Counted from the stretch's first letter, positions 40,162-50,183 are shown. The stretch: DNA of 64,000 nucleotides from an uncultured Holophagae bacterium (GCA_963844865.1 CAWJPY010000006.1:187421-251420), one strand, 5' to 3'. Translations and numbers: made by a program. Notes: generated from the sequence alone by a model not told the origin.

Positions 40162-43100
40162 GTGAGCCTGCCGCGCCTCGCCGTCAAGCGGCCCATCACC
40201 ACCGCGATGGTGCTCGCCAGCGTGCTCCTCGTGGGGGCCATCGCCGTCATGCGCCTGCCCTTGGCGTGGCTGCCCGAGATCGACGCGCCCTTCATCGGGG
40301 TCGAGGTCACCTACCCCAACTCGCACCCGCGGCAGGTGGAGAAGGAGATCACGAAGCCCATCGAGGAGGCCCTGGCGACCCTGTCCGGGGTCAAGAAGAT
40401 GACCACCACCTCACGCGCCGACGGCGCCCAGATCATCCTCGAGTTCGACTGGGGCCAGGAGCTGGACGTGGTCCGCATGAAGGTCTCGGAGAAGATCGAC
40501 CAGGTCCGAGCCAGCTTGCCTGACGACGTCGTCAACGTGGTCATCTTCTCCTTCAACACCACCGACATCCCGGTGGTCCAGGGGCGCATCGCCGCGACCG
40601 GCGTCGACCTTTCCCAGAACTACGACCTGCTCGAGACCCGGGTCGTGAACCCCCTGCGGCGGGTACCCGGCGTCGCCCGGGTCGACCTCAACGGCATCGA
40701 GCCCCCGGAGCTCTTCATCGACCTCGAGCTGGACAAGGTCAAGGAGCACGGGGTCGACGTCGGCCGTCTCGTGCGCCTGCTCGACGGCGTGTCCCAGAAC
40801 CTCGTCCTGGGTGAGGTCAACGAGGGCGGCCTGCGCTACACGGTGCGCTCCCTGGCCGCGTTCGACTCCCTCGACCACCTGCCCGACCTGCCCATCGACG
40901 AGCGCGGCCTGCGCCTCGGCGACATCGCGCGGATCCGTTACGAGGAACCGATCATCGAGTACGGCCGCCACCTCGCCGGCAAGCCCGCCATCGCCTTCGA
41001 CGTCTACAAGGAGTCCACCGCCAACACGGTCGAGGTGGTCCAGGCCGTGAACAGGGTGCTCCACGAGGAGATCGACCGCGACCCGCTGCTGGCCGGGATC
41101 GAGGTCTTCGTGTGGCAGGACCAGGGCCAGGAGATCCTGGACGGCCTCAACGGGCTCAAGTCCGCCGGCGCCATCGGCGCCCTGCTGGCCACGCTGTGCC
41201 TCTACTTCTTCCTGCGCCGGCTCGACGCCACCCTGATCGTGTCGCTCTCCATCCCGTTCTCGATCCTCGCCGCCTGCGGCGTGTTCTACTTCCTGGGCGG
41301 CTCGCTGAACATCCTCTCCATGATGGGCCTGATGCTCGCCGTGGGCATGCTGGTGGACAACGCGGTGGTGGTGCTGGAAGCCATCGATCGCCGCCTGCGG
41401 GCCGGCGTGGAACGACGCGCCGCGGCGCTCGAGGGCGCCAGCCAGGTGCTGATGGCGGTCACGGCGTCCACCGCCACCACCCTGATCGTCTTCCTGCCCC
41501 TGGTGGTGGGCTCCGGGACCGCCCTCACCACCTGGCTCAAGGAGGTCGGTCTCGTCATCTCCATCGCGCTGGCGTGCTCCCTGTTCTCGTCCCTGACCCT
41601 GATCCCCCTCATGTCGGCGCACCTGCTGCGCAGCCGCGAGCCGCGCCGGGTGCGGCCGGTGGAGTGGCTCGAGGAGCGCTACGTCCGGGTCCTGGGCTGG
41701 ACGCTCGGCCACCGGGCCAAGACCTTCGGGCTGCTGGTGCTCGGCCTGGCGGTCGGCCTCGCGCCGTTCGCCCTCGGCCTGGTCAAGACGGCCATGTTCT
41801 CGGCGGTGGTGAACAAGCGCATGTACCTGGCCTACGAGTTCGCCGACTTCGCCTACAAGAGCGACGCCGAGCGGGCGGTGGACCAGATCGAGGCGTTCCT
41901 GTTCGCGCACTCGCAAGACTTCGGTGTCGAGTCGGTATACAGCTACTACACCGAGAACGAGGCCGGTACCACGATCACGCTGGACCGCGAGGACCTCGGC
42001 GACGAGGCCGCGAAGGAGCTGCGCACCAAGATCCGGGACGGCCTGCCCACGATCCCCGGGGTGCGGGTGTTCTTCCAGGAGGAGGCCGAGGGGGGCGGCT
42101 CGACGACCTACTTTTCGGTCAAGCTCTTCGGCCAGGACTCGGGCGTGCTCTACGACCTCGCGGACGAGGCGGCCCGGCGCCTGGCCACCGTCGATGGCGT
42201 CGAGGACGTCGCGCCGCCGCGCAAGGGCGGTCGGCGGGAGGTCCAGCTCCGCCTCGACCGCGACAAGGCGGCCGGCCTCGGGCTCACCGCCGACGACGTC
42301 ACACGGCTGGTCTCGTTCTCCCTCGGCGGCCTGCGCCTGAACCGGTTCTCCTCGTCAGGCAAGGAGATCGACACCTGGATCGCGCTGCGGCTCGAGGATC
42401 GCGAGAGCCTCGCCGACCTCAAGCAGATCCCCATCTCGACGCGCTCCGGCCGGCCCGTCCTGCTGGGCGACCTGGCGAGCTTCCAGGTCGTCGAGCGACC
42501 CCAGGAGATCCGGCGCGAGGACCGCAAGGTCCAGGTCGCGGTGCGCGGCACCTACGAGGGCGACGACTGGAAAGGGGCCAAGACGGAGATCGCGGCCTTG
42601 ATGAACGCCTTCGACCTGCCGGCGGGGACCAGCTGGAGCTGGAACGACCGGATCCTGGAGCAGCAGAGCCAGGACCAGGAGATGGGGGTCAACTTCATGC
42701 TCGCCCTGGTCCTGGTCTACCTGGTCATGGCGTCCCTGTTCGAGTCCCTGGCGCAGCCGTTCGCGATCCTGTTCTCCATCCCCTTCGCCCTGCCCGGCGT
42801 TGCCTGGGTCCTCGCGCTGACCGGCACGCCCTTCAACCTGATGGCCCAGATCGGGCTGCTCATCCTCATGGGGGTGGTGGTCAACAACGGCATCGTCCTC
42901 GTCGACCACATCAACCTGCTGCGCCGCTCCGGGCTCGACCGTGACCAGGCCATCCTCGAGGCCGGCCGCGAGCGCCTGCGGCCGATCCTGATGACCGCGG
43001 CAACCACCATCGTCGGTCTGCTGCCGCTCTCGATCGGCGGGGCCAACGTGGACGGCCTCCTCTACTTCCCCATGGCGCGCACGGTCATGGGCGGGCTGCT

Positions 43101-43242
43101 GTCGTCGGTGGTGCTGACGCTCCTCGTCCTGCCCTACGTCATGCTCGGCGTCGAGGGCGTCGCCTCTTGGGCGCGGCACGTCTGGCGGGGGTCATCCCCA
43201 GCTCCGGTGGGCGACGTGACGGAGGCGGCGCCGGCGGGCTGA
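40162..43242 (+). CDS. Efflux RND transporter permease subunit, second of two (MdtB/MdtC-like tandem arrangement)
   Basis: GTG start 5 nt after AGGAGG. 1026 aa with the same architecture (LAVGMLVDNAVVVLE, VNNGIVLVDHIN). Confidence 0.93.
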   Translation: MSLPRLAVKRPITTAMVLASVLLVGAIAVMRLPLAWLPEIDAPFIGVEVTYPNSHPRQVEKEITKPIEEALATLSGVKKMTTTSRADGAQIILEFDWGQELDVVRMKVSEKIDQVRASLPDDVVNVVIFSFNTTDIPVVQGRIAATGVDLSQNYDLLETRVVNPLRRVPGVARVDLNGIEPPELFIDLELDKVKEHGVDVGRLVRLLDGVSQNLVLGEVNEGGLRYTVRSLAAFDSLDHLPDLPIDERGLRLGDIARIRYEEPIIEYGRHLAGKPAIAFDVYKESTANTVEVVQAVNRVLHEEIDRDPLLAGIEVFVWQDQGQEILDGLNGLKSAGAIGALLATLCLYFFLRRLDATLIVSLSIPFSILAACGVFYFLGGSLNILSMMGLMLAVGMLVDNAVVVLEAIDRRLRAGVERRAAALEGASQVLMAVTASTATTLIVFLPLVVGSGTALTTWLKEVGLVISIALACSLFSSLTLIPLMSAHLLRSREPRRVRPVEWLEERYVRVLGWTLGHRAKTFGLLVLGLAVGLAPFALGLVKTAMFSAVVNKRMYLAYEFADFAYKSDAERAVDQIEAFLFAHSQDFGVESVYSYYTENEAGTTITLDREDLGDEAAKELRTKIRDGLPTIPGVRVFFQEEAEGGGSTTYFSVKLFGQDSGVLYDLADEAARRLATVDGVEDVAPPRKGGRREVQLRLDRDKAAGLGLTADDVTRLVSFSLGGLRLNRFSSSGKEIDTWIALRLEDRESLADLKQIPISTRSGRPVLLGDLASFQVVERPQEIRREDRKVQVAVRGTYEGDDWKGAKTEIAALMNAFDLPAGTSWSWNDRILEQQSQDQEMGVNFMLALVLVYLVMASLFESLAQPFAILFSIPFALPGVAWVLALTGTPFNLMAQIGLLILMGVVVNNGIVLVDHINLLRRSGLDRDQAILEAGRERLRPILMTAATTIVGLLPLSIGGANVDGLLYFPMARTVMGGLLSSVVLTLLVLPYVMLGVEGVASWARHVWRGSSPAPVGDVTEAAPAG

Positions 43243-43333
43243 ACGAGGCCTTGGCCATACCCACCTGTCTGGTCCGCCACTCCGTCCTCGTCGAGCTTGT
43301 GGGAGGTCGGTGCCGGTCCGTCTCCGACCCCGG

Positions 43334-44629
43334 CTATTGGCATCCGTAGTCTCTTGAGCAGCCAGCGACTCGATCCAAGTATTGCTCCGTGCATTTGCCG
43401 ATTTCACTGTTCAAGCCTTGTTCGGAGAGCGAAGACTCCGGTTGATCATCGGGGAAAAGCTCGGTGTTGCAGTGTTCTCTCACACACCCGGACATTCTGT
43501 TGCCTCGTTCTTTCGGGTCCGCTATCGAGCCGGCATCTTCAAAACACTTGACCAGGTAACCCTCCGCACAGGCCGCTCCTTCTGCTTCTACCTTCTCCCG
43601 GTCCATTTCAAAATCGTACATATGAAACGCTGCATCGATACAGGATTTCAGAATGTCCTCCGCAGTCTTCCTGCAGGCGTCGTAGGCGCTTGATGGAGCT
43701 GTCGATAGATACCAAGACAATGAGGTGTAGCTTGAAGTATCGCTTGGGGTCTTCGCCAGCTCAGAAGACATCTTCCTACCGGACAAGAGGCGGTCATTCA
43801 TCGCTCCTTCTCCGAAGCCACCCAGGATATGTTCGAGAGGTGGCTGCCTACTGTTCATGCTCGTGTTGTCCCCTGTGTCCGAACGCGTGCCAGTTGGCTC
43901 CGTGTCACAATCAGAAGTAGTGATCTGGACCTTTTCCGTCTTCCTTTTGCCCGTACAGACATCCTCGCTTTCGGACTCTTGCATGTCCTCATAGTCCTCG
44001 AGTACAAAGGCACTGGCGTACAGTCTGTACTGTTCGTCTCCAGCGTTTCCGCTGGTATCGAAGACCGGAAAGACCTGCACTATTGGATTCTTGACTCCCT
44101 CTTTCCCATAGGGACCGCATCGTGAGCTGGTGTGCAGTCTCCCGTTGATTGAATGGCGGCCGAATTCCGAGTTCCCTGGCCTCCTGGTTACGTAGAGTTC
44201 CTTGAAGTGTTTGGCTCGATAGAGTGGGTTGTGCTTGCGGCATTCACTCTCGACACGACAACAGACTCGATGGTCTTCCTTCTCGAGGTTCTGCTCTTCC
44301 ATGGACTCAGATATTCCCCCAGTCACATCGGTAACGTGCAAGTCGTAGAGTGGTCCGCAGACTGTGATCGTGACGCTTCGATGAAGTCGGTAGTCTCGTG
44401 AGAATCTCTTGATCTTCTGCTTGGTGCTGTCGTCTTTGCTGTAGATGCATGAAGAACCATCGGCGATGATAACCTGACCCATCCAGATCGCATCTTCATC
44501 TGACCAAGGGTCTTGGGCCATGAGTGCGGGAACTGAGCCGACCATGAGAAGAAGGGCAAAGAGACAGAGATATGGGCGTGAAGCGAGACGACCCGCCGTC
44601 GCCCGCCAGCACCCACTCGCCACGTTCAT
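43334..44629 (-). CDS. Secreted Cys-rich hypothetical protein, low GC, translationally coupled to the upstream OmpA-like gene
   Basis: 431-aa ORF whose ATG overlaps the OmpA stop (ATGA at 44626-44629). Hydrophobic signal region LCLFALLLMVGSVPALMA. Many Cys residues. Hand-counted lines give about 50-52% G+C. Confidence 0.75.
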   Translation of the reverse strand: MNVASGCWRATAGRLASRPYLCLFALLLMVGSVPALMAQDPWSDEDAIWMGQVIIADGSSCIYSKDDSTKQKIKRFSRDYRLHRSVTITVCGPLYDLHVTDVTGGISESMEEQNLEKEDHRVCCRVESECRKHNPLYRAKHFKELYVTRRPGNSEFGRHSINGRLHTSSRCGPYGKEGVKNPIVQVFPVFDTSGNAGDEQYRLYASAFVLEDYEDMQESESEDVCTGKRKTEKVQITTSDCDTEPTGTRSDTGDNTSMNSRQPPLEHILGGFGEGAMNDRLLSGRKMSSELAKTPSDTSSYTSLSWYLSTAPSSAYDACRKTAEDILKSCIDAAFHMYDFEMDREKVEAEGAACAEGYLVKCFEDAGSIADPKERGNRMSGCVREHCNTELFPDDQPESSLSEQGLNSEIGKCTEQYLDRVAGCSRDYGCQ

Positions 44630-45477
44630 GGCGAGACCTTGACGAGCTCGACCCGCCGATTCTTGGCGCGCCCGGCTTCGGTGGAGTTGTCGGCCACAGG
44701 CCGAGTCTCGCCGTAGCCCTCGGTCGTGAGCCGGTCGGCGGAGATCCCGTAGAGCTCCAGATACTGGGTGACGGTCGCGGCTCGGTGGCGAGAGAGCTCC
44801 AGGTTGTGCTCTGCCGAGCCGGAATTGTCGGTGTGACCCTGAACCTCCACTTTCAGCTCCGGGTTGGCTTGGAGAACCCTCACCACGTCTTCAAGGGTCG
44901 CCGCCGCCCCCACCTGGAGTGCGGCGCTGTCGGTGGCAAAGAGGATGCCGTAGACTGCGACCGAGCCCTGTCGCTCGAGACCTCGACGCATCTCGTCGGC
45001 GGTCGTCCGTACGAACTCCAGACGCCTCTCGAGGGGCTTCTCGTCGACGATGTCCAGGGTGTACTCCCCGTCCGACGCCAAGAGGAACGCATAGGTGATT
45101 CCGCCGTCTGAGCGGGGTACCGAGAATTGCAGCTCATCCTCGGTCGCGGGAACCAGGATCTGTCCTCCGATTTCCCTGGTAGCCGCGACGTAGTTGTCGA
45201 CGATCTCGACCTCGGAGAAGCTCTCATCGGGCTGGCCGTCCGGCCCGGGCTTCAGGTATTCCAGATGCCACAGCTTCCCCTTCTTGACCAGGTCGTGCGT
45301 CTCACCGCTGGCGTCGACCTCGGCAAACTCGTACCTCCCATACGTCTTCACCGAAGATTCATTTTTGTCGAGCACGAATCCTCGAATGGGCTTGACCATC
45401 GGGTGCTCGAGCTGCGCGAGTGCGGGCGCCGCACACAACGTGGCGACCACCGGCACGACCAGAAAGCTCACTCGCAT
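44626..45477 (-). CDS. OmpA family protein with DUF4892-like N-terminal domain (copy B)
   Basis: GGAGG RBS and a signal peptide. OmpA_C motif GHTDNSGSAEHNLELSRHRAATV...NRRVEL. Collinear with 23596-24441 (EIVDNYVAA, LQFS.PR.DGGI.YA, DEKPLER.LEF). Confidence 0.88.
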   Translation of the reverse strand: MRVSFLVVPVVATLCAAPALAQLEHPMVKPIRGFVLDKNESSVKTYGRYEFAEVDASGETHDLVKKGKLWHLEYLKPGPDGQPDESFSEVEIVDNYVAATREIGGQILVPATEDELQFSVPRSDGGITYAFLLASDGEYTLDIVDEKPLERRLEFVRTTADEMRRGLERQGSVAVYGILFATDSAALQVGAAATLEDVVRVLQANPELKVEVQGHTDNSGSAEHNLELSRHRAATVTQYLELYGISADRLTTEGYGETRPVADNSTEAGRAKNRRVELVKVSP

Positions 45478-45980
45478 GGCGACCTCCAGTCGGGTGCAAG
45501 AAGTCCCCTTCTTGCCCAGACGCCGGGCAACGCTTCATCTGCATGACTCCAATTGGGGCCCTGCCTTAGTTGTATGGCGCCCTCGTTGAGGCGTCAACTC
45601 AAGATTGGTGCCACGGGCGTCACGTTGACAATGTTGTGGCGGCCCTGCGCGTGAAAGGGAAGATGCTTTGAAGGCGGAAGATCTTGAACGCGGTTTGCGC
45701 GACGTTCACATGGGGTTCTCGCTGGGCGATAGTGTGTTCGAAGACGAGAACGAGACGGTCACGGTGTGGGTGGGCCTATGGGTACGCGGAGGCTGCTCGG
45801 CCGCGTAACGAGGCCCGTGCGCTTCTACCGCGAATGGACCATCCGGATCAGGAGTCCTGCGAGCCAACAGTCGCTGCGATACAGAAAGGTGACCATTCCT
45901 CTCTGACTGGCTCGGCGACGATCCGGGTCAGACATTCTTGAGGTCGTTTCTCCTGCCACCAATCGAGCTCACTCATGCAC

Positions 45981-47387
45981 TCAGTCGACGCGTGCACGGG
46001 AGCCCCGGAATGGACCCGCGGACGTCGCCGGGTGGGTCGTCGGCCCGACCCAGCCCTCCGGCACGCCGGTCTCCACCGGGTTGCCGGCGTCGATGCTCCA
46101 CTCGTACCAGCCCCCGTCGTAGACCGCGATGCGCTCCCAGCCCAGCAGATAGGCGTAGAAGAAGGCCTCGCTCGCGCGCCAGCCGGTGCCGCAGTAAAAG
46201 GCGACGCGCTTGTCCGGCGTGATGCCCGCGGCACGCCACAGGGCCTCGATCTCCCGAGGATCGCGCATGGTGTTGTCGTGGTTGCGGTACGTCTCCATGT
46301 GGTAGGCGTCGCTGCCGCAGTTGCCGAAGACCGAGCCGGGGATGCGCCCCCGCGGCCCGATGTAGTGGTAGCCGCTGACCTCGCCGATGAACTCGGCCCA
46401 GCTCCGCATGCTGACCACCGCCGATCCCGGGTCCTCGAGGTACTGCCGCACCTCCTCGAGGTCGATCACGTAGTCGGGCCGCCCCGGGATCGCGGCCCCG
46501 AACGAGGCCGCCGCCTCGGGCACGGTCTCCGTCTTCTCCACCCGTCCACCCGCGGCCAGCCACGCGCCGAGCCCACCGTCCAGCACGCGCACGTCGCGGA
46601 CGCCGGCGTACATCAAGAGGACGGCCGCGCGCATGGCGGCGATCTGGCCCGCCTCCCGTCCCGGCTGCGCCTGGCTCATGTCGGGACGCCCGCAGCGCCC
46701 GTAGAGGACGACGGTCGTGTCCGCGGTGATGCCGCGCTCGAGCAGCGCTTCGCGCAGCCCGTCGGGTGAGCGGCGGTTCCAGTGCTCGGGCTCCTCGACG
46801 GCGATGGTGTCCAGGTGCACGGCCCCGGGGATGTGGCCTCGGTCGTAGTCCTGGCGGTTGTCGAAGCTCACGTGCAGCAGCCTCCAGGGGCCGCCGTCGA
46901 GCTCGGGAGCCTGGCCCGTGCGCAGCAGATTGCTCAGCCATTCGGGGTGGACGAGCTGACGGTATCGCGGCAGGCGCTCCAGGGGCGCATCCTCGGCAGC
47001 CGCCCACGCCTGAGCCCCACCGGCAAGGACCTTCACCTTCCGACAGCCGAGCTCGCCCAGTCGCGCCGTCGCCATGTGGACGTCACCGTCTCCCGACAAC
47101 CCCGCGTCGTGCCCGACCAGGACGATGGATCGCTGCGGCGTCACGCGCCGAGCGTCCAGCATCTTCTCGAGCGCCGCCTCCGGAAGGGTCGCGAACCAGC
47201 TTCGCGGGAACGGCACGGCTCCGGGCACGTGGCCGCCGCGCGCCTCGTCCCGCAGTCGCCACCCGTGGTAGGCGGCGGTGGGCCTGACGTCCACGACCGC
47301 CACATCCCCGTCCCGCGCCTCGTGCTCGCCGCCGTGTTGCCCCTCCAGGATGCGAAGCAGCTCTGCAGCCTCGATCGTCCCCGTCAT
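45981..47387 (-). CDS. Multi-domain rhodanese-type sulfurtransferase
   Basis: Repeated rhodanese modules with active-site loop FYCGTGWRASE in the last domain. ATG 47387 was chosen inside the longer ORF. Confidence 0.82.
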   Translation of the reverse strand: MTGTIEAAELLRILEGQHGGEHEARDGDVAVVDVRPTAAYHGWRLRDEARGGHVPGAVPFPRSWFATLPEAALEKMLDARRVTPQRSIVLVGHDAGLSGDGDVHMATARLGELGCRKVKVLAGGAQAWAAAEDAPLERLPRYRQLVHPEWLSNLLRTGQAPELDGGPWRLLHVSFDNRQDYDRGHIPGAVHLDTIAVEEPEHWNRRSPDGLREALLERGITADTTVVLYGRCGRPDMSQAQPGREAGQIAAMRAAVLLMYAGVRDVRVLDGGLGAWLAAGGRVEKTETVPEAAASFGAAIPGRPDYVIDLEEVRQYLEDPGSAVVSMRSWAEFIGEVSGYHYIGPRGRIPGSVFGNCGSDAYHMETYRNHDNTMRDPREIEALWRAAGITPDKRVAFYCGTGWRASEAFFYAYLLGWERIAVYDGGWYEWSIDAGNPVETGVPEGWVGPTTHPATSAGPFRGSRARVD

Positions 47388-47692
47388 GCCGCGCCCCCGT
47401 TGCCTGCGACCCGGCCAGGCCCGCCGCACACCCGATCCCGCAGGGACGGGCCGTGACGCCGGCCCTGCCCCGGCTCGGGGTGCCGGGTCCGTCCTCGGGT
47501 CCTGCTCTCCATGTTCCAACGTCAGCGCCGGAGAGCGGCTTCCGACACGGCGCCGCCGACCCAGCTCTGGGCATCAGGACGTCCGAAAGAGGAGCGACAG
47601 CCCGCGCCGCTGCGGATGGCGACGGCACTGCCGCTCCTCGCACCGCGTTCGCAAGGGCGTCAGTCGAGACCGGCCTTTGCTGTCGCTTCGGT

Positions 47693-48565
47693 TTACAGCC
47701 TCCGGAACGCGAGGACCGCGCCGGCGCCCGCGATGAGGAGCACGAGCAGGATCGCGCCCCAGCGGTTCACCGTGGGGATGCCGGGGGCCGACTGCTGGGC
47801 GCCGCCGCAGATGTACACCATCATGTTGCGCATCATGTTGTACAGCTCGGGATAGCTCCCCGACTCGGTCCAGTCGTAGATGCCGTAGTTACCGTTCCAG
47901 AACACCACGGCCATGCCGGTGCCGGCGTCCTCCGTCACCATGATCTTGGCGACGTTGTCGGCCAGGTCGTAGTTGACCTCCGAGACCATCAGGGCGCCCC
48001 GGGCAGTGTCGGCAACGGCGTCGTCGTTGTCGGAGTTCTCCGACTCGACATCGGTCTGCCCCACGAAGTTCCCGTAGGGCCCGTTCGAGATGGGATGGTC
48101 GGCGACGACATTCGAGTAGTAGCCGTCGGTGTAGTCACCATAGCTGGATGACCTGATGAGGTCGGCCATCAGGGGATCGTCCGGGCTCCCGATGACGTCG
48201 TATCCGGTGACGATCAACCTGCCGCCGGTCGCGAGCCAGGCGGCCACGGCGTCGTGCTCGGCCTGGGTGATGGCCCTACCGCTGCCGCCGTACCCCGACT
48301 GGTACCAGACGATGACGCTGTGCGCGGCCAAGAAGCTCGGGTCATCCATGTAGGCGATCGCTCCTCCGTAGCTCGGCTCGTTGTAGTTGAAGACCGTGTA
48401 CGAGATGCCCATGCCCGACAGCGCACTCAGAAAGGTGCCGTTGTCCAGCGTGGAATCATCCGAGACCAGTGCGATCTCGCACTGCGCCTGCGCACCGGCA
48501 AGGCCTGCGGTCAGGCAGACTGCGACGGCCAGGAACACGACGGCGATAGGGGACGTCAGCCTCAC
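47693..48565 (-). CDS. Secreted protein with IPTL-CTERM-type sorting signal
   Basis: GTG 48565 after GGAGG and an N-terminal signal peptide. The C-terminus IPTVNRWGAILLVLLIAGAGAVLAFRRL is motif + TM + basic tail. Confidence 0.75.
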   Translation of the reverse strand: MRLTSPIAVVFLAVAVCLTAGLAGAQAQCEIALVSDDSTLDNGTFLSALSGMGISYTVFNYNEPSYGGAIAYMDDPSFLAAHSVIVWYQSGYGGSGRAITQAEHDAVAAWLATGGRLIVTGYDVIGSPDDPLMADLIRSSSYGDYTDGYYSNVVADHPISNGPYGNFVGQTDVESENSDNDDAVADTARGALMVSEVNYDLADNVAKIMVTEDAGTGMAVVFWNGNYGIYDWTESGSYPELYNMMRNMMVYICGGAQQSAPGIPTVNRWGAILLVLLIAGAGAVLAFRRL

Positions 48566-48623
48566 GACAACCTCCAGATCTCGTATGTTTTCGAGGCCGT
48601 TATACCACAGATTGTGATCTGAA

Positions 48624-50183
48624 TCACATGTCCTTGCCCTCGAGGTACGGTTGGAGTGCCACCTTCCCGACATCTTCCGAAGGCCCACCGCACGCTCCCG
48701 CTCGGCGGGTGAACACGCGCTGCGCCTGGGGAGAGCCCAGCGGCAGGGCCACCGACGCCACCGCCCCCTCGCGGACCCTGAACGCGGCCGTCACGTCCCC
48801 CGTGTAGGGACTCGACATCAGGAAGATGTCGTCGTGGAGGTGCTCCACAGCGAGCTTGACGCCGTGGAATCGAGCCACGAGGCCGTCTGATCCCGGCTGC
48901 ACCTCCAGCCCTCCGAAGGGGACGTTCTCGTAGCAGCCCGCATACGCCGCGGTCTCGAGGGTCGGCTGCGCGTCGGGATCCTTCGCCTTGCGGAGAGCCT
49001 CCGCGGCGGCCGCTCGCATGGCCTCGATGCGCGCCGTCATGGCCTCGGCCGTCGCGAGCAGGTCCCTGCGGCCCGGCTCGTCGAGGGTCAGCTCGGCCGC
49101 CCGCTCGGCCAGGATGTCGGGGAGTGCGGTCACGGCGGTGTTGGCGAGCACCGCGATGGCCACGTCGTCCTCCGGGAAGAGCCGCGCCACGCTCGTGAAG
49201 CCGACGCCCCCGCCTCCGTGGAAGAGCTGGCGGCGGCCCCGCCACGTTGAAACGTACCATCCGAGCCCGTAGGCCCGCACCTCGCCCCTTGAGCTCCGAA
49301 CGGCGGTTTGGGGCGTCCAGGTCTCCGCCAGGGCTTTCTCGTCGACGATCAGCGTCCCGTCCACCGTGCCACGCCCCAGCAGCAGCTCGAGCCACCGCGC
49401 CACGTCGACGGCGGTGGAGTACAGGCCCATGGCAGGTGCGCCGACCCCCAGCTCGATCGGGTCCAGGACCCTTACCGAACCCGCGTCTTTGACGTGACCG
49501 CAAGACGTCTGCGCATCTCCTGCGGGAGGTCCCACCGTGGTGGAGGTCATGCCCAGCGGTCCGAGCAGCCGTTGGGCCACCACTTCGCCCCACGGCGCGC
49601 CGGCCGCCCTGGCGATGGCCTCACCCGCCAGGATGAAGCCGAGGCCGCTGTATGCGAAACGGTCCCGAAGCTCGCCCGCCGGCTCGAGGGCCGCCAATCG
49701 CGGCACGACCCAGCCCGGCCCCGCGTCCACGTTGATCCAGAGGATGGAGTGCTCGCCGAGGCCGCTCCGGTTGGCGAGCAGGTCACGCAGAGTCACCCGT
49801 TCAGCCGCCACGGGGTCGGAGAGCTCAAGCTCGGGAACCAGGGCGCGGACCCTGGTGTCCCACTGCAGCGTCCCCTCACCCACGAGCACGGCCGCAGTCG
49901 TCGCGGTGAACGCCTTGGTCAGCGAGGCCAGCGAGAACGACGTCTGCGCCGTCACCGGGTCGGCCTCCCCGATGCAGCGCACCCCATGGGTGAGGATCAC
50001 CGGATCGCTCTCCCCCGTCGCCACCACGACCACCGCGCCCGTCACCTGCAGCGCGTCAGCGGCCCGAGCGAAGAAGGACTCCAGCTCCCCCCGCCAGTCG
50101 GGGTCAGCTTCACCCGCCGCCACCATGAGGGGCGACAGCAGCATCAGCGCCCATGAAACGGTCGCGAGGATCTTTCGTGTCAT
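48624..50183 (-). CDS. Serine hydrolase, beta-lactamase (class C / PBP4*-like) family
   Basis: ATG 50183 gives a signal peptide. SxxK motif in FSLASLTKAFT. Confidence 0.82.
   Translation of the reverse strand: MTRKILATVSWALMLLSPLMVAAGEADPDWRGELESFFARAADALQVTGAVVVVATGESDPVILTHGVRCIGEADPVTAQTSFSLASLTKAFTATTAAVLVGEGTLQWDTRVRALVPELELSDPVAAERVTLRDLLANRSGLGEHSILWINVDAGPGWVVPRLAALEPAGELRDRFAYSGLGFILAGEAIARAAGAPWGEVVAQRLLGPLGMTSTTVGPPAGDAQTSCGHVKDAGSVRVLDPIELGVGAPAMGLYSTAVDVARWLELLLGRGTVDGTLIVDEKALAETWTPQTAVRSSRGEVRAYGLGWYVSTWRGRRQLFHGGGGVGFTSVARLFPEDDVAIAVLANTAVTALPDILAERAAELTLDEPGRRDLLATAEAMTARIEAMRAAAAEALRKAKDPDAQPTLETAAYAGCYENVPFGGLEVQPGSDGLVARFHGVKLAVEHLHDDIFLMSSPYTGDVTAAFRVREGAVASVALPLGSPQAQRVFTRRAGACGGPSEDVGKVALQPYLEGKDM

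Noticed and set aside
45848-45976. 43-codon ORF (MSELDWWQEKRPQECLTRIVAEPV...) 5 nt after the rhodanese stop
   Set aside because: It has no RBS, atypical codon usage and no recognisable motif. It was left unannotated.
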